A DNA stretch of 64,000 bases from an uncultured archaeon (GTDB lineage Archaea; Asgardarchaeota; Heimdallarchaeia; Heimdallarchaeales; Heimdallarchaeaceae), in contig CAZHRF010000009.1 in the NCBI GenBank assembly GCA_964534625.1, forward strand, positions 1 to 64,000, written 5' to 3'. Shown piece by piece: positions 11,250 through 20,210 of the stretch (its first letter is position 1; every line of letters starts with the position of its first letter). Below the pieces are notes generated by a model. That model saw nothing but the letters and a program-made list of their open reading frames with translations, did no database searches and had not been told where the DNA came from. The position numbers were made by a program, and so were the translations under genes.

Positions 11250-11413
11250 CTCTCTCAATTACCTTTTTTTATTTTTAATAGTATCAAATACACCAATCTA
11301 TTTAAGAACTCTCAAAAATTTCTACTTTAATATCTATAAGAATAAGCTAGCTAAGAAAGATAGAGGGTAAATAGAGAAAGTAAACTGTTTAAATAATAAA
11401 CCCATTAGCTTCA

Positions 11414-11923
11414 TTAATCACTTTTATTAATAAATGCTTTACCAATCTTTTTAGCCCAGATGGTAATCTTATCCCAATTACGATTATCTAGTTCAGTACC
11501 TTTTAGACGTCTAATAATTCCTTTAATATTCCATTTTTTTACGCTGCTACCAAATACTTCACTAGTTATCGGTTTCACCAACGGATAATTTTGTAATGTT
11601 TTTGTTATATATTCATCATGGACTTCTCTATATTTGTTCTTTTCTATCTTACGCCTTGAACTGACAAAAACAGCGACATTTTTTGTCCTAAAATCATTAA
11701 GATAGAAAAACTCCAATGCTTTTTTTGACCAATTGCCCATTGTAATGTCAGACCCTACGACAACATTATTATATGGCGAAATATCCGGTTCAGTATCCAT
11801 TTTAAGATTATGCATACTAACTTCAAGCTTAAATTCCCCCTCAAGAACTTGTGTTATATATTTTGCTATCTCTTTTGAAGAACCATTTTTAGTAGCGTAT
11901 GCAATGAGTGTCTTGTTATCCAT
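11414..11923 (-). CDS. Flavodoxin-domain protein (HemG-like)
   Basis: LIAYATKNGSSKEIA, VVVGS, DNRNWDKI..WA. Confidence 0.85.
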   Translation of the reverse strand: MDNKTLIAYATKNGSSKEIAKYITQVLEGEFKLEVSMHNLKMDTEPDISPYNNVVVGSDITMGNWSKKALEFFYLNDFRTKNVAVFVSSRRKIEKNKYREVHDEYITKTLQNYPLVKPITSEVFGSSVKKWNIKGIIRRLKGTELDNRNWDKITIWAKKIGKAFINKSD

Positions 11924-12020
11924 ACGTAAAAAGTGTTTTACTAGTATATATATTTAGTTGCTGATAGAATGGGTAAATCAATATGTGTTCTATGCTAACT
12001 GAAATTATCTCTCTCCCCAA

Positions 12021-12458
12021 TTATTCTTTAAGTCCTATTACGTCATTTTTTTCATCAACAACAAAAGTTCCTTTGCTGGTATCCAATACTACAAATTCAT
12101 TCTTCCAAGGATCTTGTATTACTGCACATTTTCCAATAGCAATGTCAAATGGTCCTGTAAGAATTTTTCCTCCTGCCTCTTCTATTCGTTTAATGGCTTC
12201 AGATACAGAATTCACTTTAAAATCAACTTCAAGGGGCATACTTTCAGTATGCATAACTATCTCGGTAACAGTTCCAGGAATTTCAAGCCCAATTGCTGTA
12301 TCTGTCTTCCAGATGATTGGCAAACCTAGTTTATCGTGATAAAAATCAATTCCTTCCTGTAAATCATTAACAGATAAACGAATGCAATCGACCTTTGTGA
12401 ATAGTGGTTTTATATTTGAGGCTTTATTCATTGTTAATGGAAAATTTTCCATTACCAA
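12021..12458 (-). CDS. VOC/glyoxalase family protein
   Basis: VDCIRLSVNDL....FY...LG, GPFDIAIGKCAVIQDPWKN. Confidence 0.9.
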   Translation of the reverse strand: MVMENFPLTMNKASNIKPLFTKVDCIRLSVNDLQEGIDFYHDKLGLPIIWKTDTAIGLEIPGTVTEIVMHTESMPLEVDFKVNSVSEAIKRIEEAGGKILTGPFDIAIGKCAVIQDPWKNEFVVLDTSKGTFVVDEKNDVIGLKE

Positions 12459-12804
12459 TAAAAACGTATCTTTTATTAAACCAGTAAAAGAATTGAAAAA
12501 CCCTGTTCCATGACCTTTCGTGTTCTTTCTTTACCCTTGGCACTTACAAAAAGTGTCCTATCCAAGAAGGAGACCCTTCTTGGAACCAACTATATTAGAA
12601 CAAATGGAAATAATTTGAGGATTATCTCTCTTCTAATAAGGTCTTAGATATTATAAATTATTGGATAAACATTTGTTATGAAGATTTTAATGAAAAACTA
12701 TTTTTCTTCTTTTCATTTTTCACGCAAGTGTTTCATAATTATATATCACATACTATATGCTATGCATCATGAACTAAAAAGACTGATTCTCAAGTAAAAA
12801 CCCA

Positions 12805-13188
12805 TTAACAATGCCTTTTACTTTCTTTTATTGTTTTTTGTTGTTCCCTTTTCTCCGATTTATCGATGGCAAAAACAAGATCTGAACGTTCCATTAGGAA
12901 GATATTGGCTTTACATTCTCCATATGCTCTTGCAGATTGTTCAATTCTATTTGCTATGATGATTACAGCAGAGATATTAGTGTCTGGAATAAAAGTCAAT
13001 ACTCGATCTATCGTCTCTTTCTCAACCTCCTCCCATTGGTCGAAAATCCACACGCCTACTAAACCATTCTCCTCTAACACGAGTGTTGAATCAATGTCAC
13101 TTCGACCTTTAACTTTCGATAAATCATAAGAAATTTTTCCAAATCTCTCCAAAAAAGACATTGATAGTTCTAGTAGGTCTTCAGTCAT
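12805..13188 (-). CDS. Mrr-like restriction-endonuclease-fold protein, probably degenerate
   Basis: VKGRSDID, V....IDR, AVIIIANRIEQSARAY..K.NIFL follow the Mrr_cat layout; no clear (E/Q)xK motif. Confidence 0.55.
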   Translation of the reverse strand: MTEDLLELSMSFLERFGKISYDLSKVKGRSDIDSTLVLEENGLVGVWIFDQWEEVEKETIDRVLTFIPDTNISAVIIIANRIEQSARAYGECKANIFLMERSDLVFAIDKSEKREQQKTIKESKRHC

Positions 13189-13472
13189 ATGTAAAAATAT
13201 TGTTACTTTAGAGTTATTAAATGATTCGGATGAACTAGTTAAATCACAGAAAAATAGGGTAGATAGAAGAATACTTGTTTTTACTTCTATTTTGGTAAGT
13301 GTTTCATCCCCTATTTACATTAAACTAGGAACGAAACGGAGAAACGGCTAGATAAGGAAAATAAGCAAGAATAAACAAAACTCACCTTTTATGAAACATA
13401 CCACCAACAGTTCTCCCTTCAACTGACTCCTAGGGATGAAAAACGTACCTATTTTGAATGATAATAAAAAAA

Positions 13473-14816
13473 TTAGAGGAAACCTTTTTCTTTGAGTATA
13501 TCCTCAAGTGTAGGTTTTCCTATTTCTTGTAGCTCGTATTTAACACGAATTATATCCTTATTTACCTTAATTAGCCTTGTAATGTCGATGGGTGTAGCAG
13601 AAACGACTATATCACATTCTGTAGTATTAATTGTTTCTTCAAGATCTTTGAGTTGTTTTTCGAAATATCCCATAGCAGGAAGTAATGTACCAATTTCAGG
13701 ATATTTTTCGAAGGTCTCTTTCAAGCTTCCTACTAAATATGGGCGGGGGTCAACTAATTCTTTGGCTCCATATCTTTGAGCAGCTACTATTCCTGCACCA
13801 TACTTCATCTCACCATGAGTAAGAGTTGGACCATCTTCGATAACTAAAACTTTCTTTCCCTTTATTTTGTTTGGTTCATCTACAAAGAGAGGAGAGGCTG
13901 CTTCAATAATTATTGCATTCGGATTAAGCTCTCGTGTCACTTCTTCTACCTTTAATACATCCTTATAATCTGCAGTATCAACCTTATTGACTACCACAAC
14001 ATCAGCTAATCTTAGTGTTGTTTCGCCGGGGTAGTATCTTTTTCCATGGTCGGCACGATGAGGATCAACTACCACAATATTCAGAGTGTTCTCTGTTGAG
14101 GTATAAAATGCGAAATCATTATTTCCACCATCCCAATGAACTATATCTGTTTCTTGTTCTGCTTCATCTAAAATTGCTTTATAGTCAACACCAGCATAAA
14201 TGACGAGACCTAGATCAATGTAGGGCTCATATTCCTCACGTTCTTCAATAGTACATTCATGCTTGTCTAGATCATCATAACTAGCAAATCTTTGCACTGC
14301 TTGTTTTGCGAGGTCTCCATAAGGCATAGGATGTCGAATGGATACTACTTTCTTACCTGCTTCACTTAGTATCTTTGCAATTTTTCTTGAGGTCTGAGAC
14401 TTACCACAGCCTGTTCTTACCGCACAAACAGTTATGACTGGTTTTTCAGTTTTAATCATAGTGTTTTTTGTACCAAGCATTGAAAAATCTGCACCAGCGG
14501 CATTTACTAGTGCTCCTTTATGCATAACATATTCATGAGTTACATCTGAATAAGAAAAAACAACCTCATCAATATCAAGTTTCTTGATAAGTTCAGGTAA
14601 CTCTTTCTCATCATAAATTGGAATACCTTCGGGGTATAAATCTCCAGCTAATTCTGCAGGATATTTACGCCCAACGATATCGGGAATTTGTGTTGCTGTA
14701 AAAGCTACAACTTCATATTTTTCATTGTTACGAAAGAATGTATTGAAGTTATGAAAATCTCTACCAGCTGCACCTTGTATAATTACACGTCTTCTATTCT
14801 TTGACATCATAATCAC
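13473..14816 (-). CDS. Cyclic 2,3-diphosphoglycerate synthetase family / COG2403 GTPase
   Basis: GAAGRDFHNFN, AVRTGCGKSQTSR, RHPMPYGDL, WDGGNND, EDGPTLTHGEM. Confidence 0.9.
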   Translation of the reverse strand: MIMMSKNRRRVIIQGAAGRDFHNFNTFFRNNEKYEVVAFTATQIPDIVGRKYPAELAGDLYPEGIPIYDEKELPELIKKLDIDEVVFSYSDVTHEYVMHKGALVNAAGADFSMLGTKNTMIKTEKPVITVCAVRTGCGKSQTSRKIAKILSEAGKKVVSIRHPMPYGDLAKQAVQRFASYDDLDKHECTIEEREEYEPYIDLGLVIYAGVDYKAILDEAEQETDIVHWDGGNNDFAFYTSTENTLNIVVVDPHRADHGKRYYPGETTLRLADVVVVNKVDTADYKDVLKVEEVTRELNPNAIIIEAASPLFVDEPNKIKGKKVLVIEDGPTLTHGEMKYGAGIVAAQRYGAKELVDPRPYLVGSLKETFEKYPEIGTLLPAMGYFEKQLKDLEETINTTECDIVVSATPIDITRLIKVNKDIIRVKYELQEIGKPTLEDILKEKGFL

Positions 14817-15007
14817 ATCTCGATAAAGAGTCTAGGTTGAACTCTTTGAGCACTTTTAAAAAATTTCCGATTAGAACTTTCCTTTTAACATCTAAATTGA
14901 TTTTAACTGGATTATATCCTAATAGAATCAGCTTGGGGGGATAATTTAAATTAATTATATTTTTTGTTTTAATACGAAAAATTGAGCGCTAAAAGGCATA
15001 AGATTCC

Positions 15008-15772
15008 TTATATTCGTGTTTTTTTAATCCTTAAAAGATAATTAGCAAAATCATTAAAGGTATCAGCTCTTATCATGGGTTTTAGAGTTTTCGATTTCCA
15101 TTCCTTGTCTGTTGGACAAATAATGCACGTTTTAATTCCTAATCTCTCTGCACCAATGATGTCCGCTTTATATGAATCTCCAATCATTAATGTTTGGCTG
15201 GGATTGGTTTGAACTTTCTGTATTGCATGCAAAAACATGGCTTTTTCAGGTTTTGGTGAACCAATTGATTCACTCGTGACAAATCCCTCTATTATCTCTA
15301 GAAGTTTATTTTTGATTATTCTTCGTTCTTGTACAAAATGGATCCCATTTGTGACAATAAATAGTTTAAAACCCGACTCTTTTAGTTCTTTTAAATTTTG
15401 CATTGTTCTATTATTGATTTCTGTTTTTTTGATTAAAAATTCCAAATAGATCTGATCCATTTTTTCTGCTATTTCATTAATATTATAAAGTTCGATAAGT
15501 TTTTGGAACCTAGTGTTTCTTAGTTCTTTTAATCCTATAAGATTCTTTTCAAACATTCCCCACAGCTCATCATTAATGGTTTTATAATGCAATTTTGCTT
15601 TTTTCCAAGATGTTCTAGGGATACCTTTTTCTTGGAATAATTGCCTTAAAGCCATTTTTGAGGTTTCTTCATAATCTACAAGTGTTCCATCAAAATCTAG
15701 TAACAAGGTGGTAATTTGATTTAATTTATTTTGAACTTCGAGCTCTGTATAAGGGGAAACTATCTCTAGCAA
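15008..15772 (-). CDS. HAD-superfamily hydrolase (YjjG-like nucleotidase)
   Basis: DFDGTL, VTNG, KP...F, IGDSYKADIIGA. Confidence 0.9.
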   Translation of the reverse strand: MLEIVSPYTELEVQNKLNQITTLLLDFDGTLVDYEETSKMALRQLFQEKGIPRTSWKKAKLHYKTINDELWGMFEKNLIGLKELRNTRFQKLIELYNINEIAEKMDQIYLEFLIKKTEINNRTMQNLKELKESGFKLFIVTNGIHFVQERRIIKNKLLEIIEGFVTSESIGSPKPEKAMFLHAIQKVQTNPSQTLMIGDSYKADIIGAERLGIKTCIICPTDKEWKSKTLKPMIRADTFNDFANYLLRIKKTRI

Positions 15773-15776
15773 TTAT

Positions 15777-16007
15777 TTAAACCTCCATTTGGGGCTTTTT
15801 TTCACTCTTCTCTGGTATTTTTTTTAAAACTCTAGTAAGAGAAAGATACACTTGTAGAATTATTAATATAGTTACTATTCCTAAAATTAGTTCATTTGAT
15901 TTATTTAGAAACAGTACAAAAATAAGCACTATTATAACTGGGTCAAAAACTAGTGCAAGTATAATCAATTCCTTTTTCACAGTGATACGACTATCTTCAT
16001 CTTTCAT
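15777..16007 (-). CDS. Small two-TM membrane protein
   Basis: Two hydrophobic helices; directly upstream of and co-oriented with the HAD gene. Confidence 0.65.
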   Translation of the reverse strand: MKDEDSRITVKKELIILALVFDPVIIVLIFVLFLNKSNELILGIVTILIILQVYLSLTRVLKKIPEKSEKKPQMEV

Positions 16008-16099
16008 GGTTCTTCTCTCTGGTGTTGTATTTTTGTTTCATATTTTCATTTTCAATTTATTAATGATTCTTTTCTGCATGAATTTATTATATTTTTTAC

Positions 16100-16145
16100 C
16101 TTGCCTAGCCAGAATGCCCACTCACTTGGGGGTGGAGTAGTTCAT
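16100..16145 (+). mobile_element. Minimal IS200/IS605-type end relic (single hairpin)
   Basis: TTAC|CTTGCCTAGCCA-GAAT-GC-CCACTC-ACTTGG-GGGTGG-AGTAGTTCAT; same GTAGTTCAT terminus as the two ~395-bp elements. Confidence 0.6.
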
Positions 16146-16214
16146 GTATTTAGAGATTTAATTTTTTAGGGAAACCTTTTTTTAGAGTCGATATTTAAAA
16201 TAAAGGATTATAAA

Positions 16215-18092
16215 ATGGAAACAAATACCGCAAAAAGCATGTTTAATAATAAAACTAGAGGGAGCTGGAAAAGCGTTGTTTTAGCGAATCATTTGGGCGA
16301 AAGTGCAAAAATAAAGTACCCAAGTTTTTCTCCTACTGGACAAAAGCTTTCTTTCATACGAAGGTTTGATGGGGAGGATCACCTCTGGCTTTTTTCAATA
16401 GAAAAAGAGGAACTAACTTTGTTGTCGCAAGTTACCAAAGGAAACGGATTAAAAGGCACAGCTTTATACGGAGATGGACTATATACTTGGCGATACAACT
16501 CACAAAAAGAGTTACTCGTATGTTGTGATGATGATCTTAAAATTCTAAATGTATTAACAGGTGAAATGAAAAAGTTATATCCTTTTGCTATTGGTGCAAG
16601 TCAACCTGTTGAGTCAAATAGGGAAATTGCAAGCACAGTAACACCAAATAATACATGCATGCGTGTTGTTAATCTCTCTGAAAACAATGCTCAATGGCCT
16701 GTTCCTCTTCCTCCTAAAACAGACTTTGCTATTAATTCTACATTTTCAAGGAATGGTGATTGGTTAGCTTGGCATGCATGGGACTTTCCTAATATGGCTT
16801 GGGACACAAGTTTTATTGTTACTTACTCGAAAAATGATCCAAATGCACCGTACAATTATAAAGAACCTGGTGTTAGTATGGCACAACCGAATTTTTCACC
16901 TGTGGACGATGTTCTTGCTTTCTTAAGTGACAAAAAAGGCTGGTTAAACCTCTGGTATCTCCCAGACCCAATGTCATATCCTGAACCCCTCGTGTTAGAA
17001 GAAGCTGAACACGGCTTTCCTGTTTGGAGTGCCGGACAAAAAACATTTGATTGGTTACCAGATGCAAAACATATCATCTATATTAGAAATAGAAAGGCTG
17101 AAACAGAACTCGTAATGGTAAACACTTTAACTAAAGAAACACAAGTTCTTGATTTCCCGTCTGGTGTATATGAACATATTGATGTTCATCCAATAAAAAA
17201 CAAGGCGGTTGTAATATATTCATCGCCAAAGATTCCTCAAAAGCTGATGTTATTGGATCTCGATAAGAATACATATGGTGATATTTTGCAAGGTCCAGTT
17301 GCATTTCCAACCCAAGATTTTGTTGAACCCATTCACATAAGTTTTCCAACAAAGGATGGAGAGAATGCACATGCACTTCTATGGGTTAAAGAGAGAGAAG
17401 ATGCAGAAAATGCTCCCGTAATAGTTAGTATTCATGGTGGTCCAACATCTCAATCCAAAATGGGTTGGAATCCAAAAGCACAATTTTTTGCAATGCGAGG
17501 ATATGTATATGCAGAGTTAAATCATAGGGGGAGTACAGGCTATGGTCGAGAATATATTCAAAAACTAACGGGAAATTGGGGAGTAGTAGATGCAGCTGAT
17601 TCATATTATTTATTGCGATATCTAGAAAAAAGAGGAATGGTGGATAGTTCTCGTTCTGCAATAATTGGTGGTAGTGCAGGAGGTTATAATGTGCTACAGA
17701 CTTTGATCAATTATCCTGATTCATATTCTTGTGGGATTAATTTATATGGTGTAACCGATTTATTCCATCTTGCAGATATGACGCATTATTTTGAGTCTCA
17801 TTATTTAGATAAATTAGTAGGTTCATTACCGGAAGAATCTGAAAAATATAAAACACGTTCTCCTATTTATAATTTAGATGAACTGAAAACGCCTTTATTG
17901 GTTCTTCAAGGAGCTAAAGACAAAGTAGTGCCTAAAGAACAATCGGATATGCTAGTTGATTCACTAAAGAAAAAAGGAGTAGCTGTTGAGTATCATGTAT
18001 ATCCTAATGAAGGTCATGGCTTCAAAAAACGACAAACTGTTACTGATAGCTATGAACGAATGTTGCGATTTTTAAGAAAAGAACTAATATAG
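16215..18092 (+). CDS. S9 family peptidase (acylaminoacyl/dipeptidyl peptidase)
   Basis: Propeller region plus IHGGP, RGSTGYG, GGSAGG (catalytic Ser), QGAKD.VVP, EGHGF. Confidence 0.95.
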   Translation: METNTAKSMFNNKTRGSWKSVVLANHLGESAKIKYPSFSPTGQKLSFIRRFDGEDHLWLFSIEKEELTLLSQVTKGNGLKGTALYGDGLYTWRYNSQKELLVCCDDDLKILNVLTGEMKKLYPFAIGASQPVESNREIASTVTPNNTCMRVVNLSENNAQWPVPLPPKTDFAINSTFSRNGDWLAWHAWDFPNMAWDTSFIVTYSKNDPNAPYNYKEPGVSMAQPNFSPVDDVLAFLSDKKGWLNLWYLPDPMSYPEPLVLEEAEHGFPVWSAGQKTFDWLPDAKHIIYIRNRKAETELVMVNTLTKETQVLDFPSGVYEHIDVHPIKNKAVVIYSSPKIPQKLMLLDLDKNTYGDILQGPVAFPTQDFVEPIHISFPTKDGENAHALLWVKEREDAENAPVIVSIHGGPTSQSKMGWNPKAQFFAMRGYVYAELNHRGSTGYGREYIQKLTGNWGVVDAADSYYLLRYLEKRGMVDSSRSAIIGGSAGGYNVLQTLINYPDSYSCGINLYGVTDLFHLADMTHYFESHYLDKLVGSLPEESEKYKTRSPIYNLDELKTPLLVLQGAKDKVVPKEQSDMLVDSLKKKGVAVEYHVYPNEGHGFKKRQTVTDSYERMLRFLRKELI

Positions 18093-18206
18093 ATGTGATT
18101 CTAATAATAATTTGCGATGAAATAGTTTTTTTATATTTTTTTCATACATACTAATATTAATAATGTAAATGAGATTAAATGATAATAGATACCTGAGGTC
18201 AATCTT

Positions 18207-19121
18207 ATGTCTCAAGAAATTAGTTCAATAATAAAGGAGTATTCAGATAAAATATATGGATTCTTTTTAGGGGACAAGAAGGGTAATCTCCTAAAAGAAG
18301 AAATATTTACATCTGAGTATTGCTCTCCAATGGTGCTAAAAAACATTACAAAAGCATTGTGTTCATTTGCTACAGAGACAAATATTTCTGATTATGGGAC
18401 AATAACATTATCAAAATCTAAAGTCTCATTTTCACGATTTGGAGATATTGTTTATGTCCTTAATCACAATATTGAGAAAAAAGAAATAACAAAAGATTTC
18501 TTGAGGGATTTAGCTACATTTTTCGAGGAACGTTCAAAGGCAAAATTTTTTGCAAGTTCAAATACGGAATTGTTCTCGGGAGCTTCAGCAATATTTAGAA
18601 AAATTGTTCCTGATTTATTCAATCCTGTCTTTGAATACATTAAGAGAGCTGAAGAAGAAAAAGAAAAACAAAAAGAATTTGAAGAACAAAAAAAGAAAAA
18701 AGCTAAAGAAACAAAAAAGGTAGAATTAGATGAAAACCAAGAAAAAACGATCAAAAAACTATTTAAAAGCCTCAGAACCAGTTTTAAAGATATTGAACAT
18801 GTTGTACTTATGAAGAAAAAAGAAGAAAAAGTGAAACTATTTTATGATGAAGGAGAATTAACAAAAGGATTAGTGAATGAAACTGTGAGAGTAATTAATA
18901 AGTATAGAAGTGAAGTAGTAGAATTGCTTAAGGATGAAGATATAGCAAGAAATATTATTGAACTTACAGAAGATTACCAATTAGTATTTACGGATGTTGA
19001 TGGACAGCATTTCCTTTATATTATAGCAAAAAAAACATTAGATCTGGTTATAATGAGTTCAATATTTATTAGGATAGCAAATAGAATATCTGATGAATTA
19101 AAAAGAATTAAAGAGGAGTAA
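18207..19121 (+). CDS. Hypothetical protein with two roadblock/longin-like domains and a charged linker
   Basis: GFFLGDKKGNLL...ALCSFA pattern, then an E/K-rich linker, then a second similar alpha/beta domain (FLYIIAKK..DL.IM). Confidence 0.45.
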   Translation: MSQEISSIIKEYSDKIYGFFLGDKKGNLLKEEIFTSEYCSPMVLKNITKALCSFATETNISDYGTITLSKSKVSFSRFGDIVYVLNHNIEKKEITKDFLRDLATFFEERSKAKFFASSNTELFSGASAIFRKIVPDLFNPVFEYIKRAEEEKEKQKEFEEQKKKKAKETKKVELDENQEKTIKKLFKSLRTSFKDIEHVVLMKKKEEKVKLFYDEGELTKGLVNETVRVINKYRSEVVELLKDEDIARNIIELTEDYQLVFTDVDGQHFLYIIAKKTLDLVIMSSIFIRIANRISDELKRIKEE

Positions 19122-19130
19122 ATAAAAAGA

Positions 19131-20210
19131 CTATTGAGGTTTTAATGGTTTTATTTCTGTTTTAGAGACTTTTTGATGAAACAAGTAACTTTTCCATTCA
19201 TTTTTACAGCTACAAGATATTGGTTGCATTAAATATTTTACCTTCTGAGAAATTGTAAAATTCTTTAAGGCCTCACTCACTAATTTGTCACATGTACCAC
19301 AGTTATGAGCCCCTCGCTCTTTTCCTGCTGCTACAGGTTCACAAATAACACGGAGATCAGGATGGGCCTGTTTGAGTTCCTTACACACATGTAAAAGAGA
19401 CCATAACCATGGGGGTCGATAATTTCCTTCTTCAAAAAGTGTAGAAAGAAGAGTACCTCTATGGATACTAATAGAATTAATAGAAATAGTATCGATACCC
19501 AACTCAACAATTTTTTTAACACTAGTAAAAATGTCAATAATTGCATCATATTCAGAAATGAAAAGTGGTTTGAAAATAAGATAGGCCTTGATATTAGCCC
19601 CTGAAGATAATACAGCAGAAGCGGCTTGAGCAAAGTCTTCCCAAAAGAATCCTTTGTTGATAGAGTCACGTAAAATGTTGTTATTTGCACTTTCTAATCC
19701 GATGGCTATCTCAACAACTGACGGGTCAAGAAATTGAAAAATCTTGTTGAGGATATCTTTATTCACATATTCGGGACGTGATTCTAAAACAATTTCTTGA
19801 ATCTGTGGATAGAGAGAGAGTTTTTCTATTAAAGTGAGAAGAACATGTTCGGGAACTTCTTTTGGATCTAAAATACTACCACTAGTAAAGAGCTTAACAG
19901 AAAGGATTTGATCTTCAGTAAGTTTCTCTTTAAGATGCAGCTTAAATTGGTCTATCATTTCATCAAAATTAGTCTGCTTGGGATTATCATATAAGTAACC
20001 GCAGAATGAACATCCTCCGCTCCCAGATAAAGCCCAAGAACATCCACGTGTGGGGAGGATGAATACAAGGGCTTTTGCAGCCTTAGAGCGTAAACGGTGG
20101 TCTTCAATCCACGAGATAACTTTTTTAGAATGTGAACGAGAAGATAAAGAGGACTTGCGTATCTCATTTAATATTTGTCGTAAAATAGTATTAGATTTTG
20201 ATGTCATCAA
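19131..20210 (-). CDS. Archaeosine biosynthesis radical SAM protein RaSEA
   Basis: TRGCSWA....GGCSFCGY, KLFTSGS, ESRPEYV, AIGLES, INKG, YRPPWLWS, RGAHNCG.CD; abuts arcS. Confidence 0.92.
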   Translation of the reverse strand: MMTSKSNTILRQILNEIRKSSLSSRSHSKKVISWIEDHRLRSKAAKALVFILPTRGCSWALSGSGGCSFCGYLYDNPKQTNFDEMIDQFKLHLKEKLTEDQILSVKLFTSGSILDPKEVPEHVLLTLIEKLSLYPQIQEIVLESRPEYVNKDILNKIFQFLDPSVVEIAIGLESANNNILRDSINKGFFWEDFAQAASAVLSSGANIKAYLIFKPLFISEYDAIIDIFTSVKKIVELGIDTISINSISIHRGTLLSTLFEEGNYRPPWLWSLLHVCKELKQAHPDLRVICEPVAAGKERGAHNCGTCDKLVSEALKNFTISQKVKYLMQPISCSCKNEWKSYLFHQKVSKTEIKPLKPQ

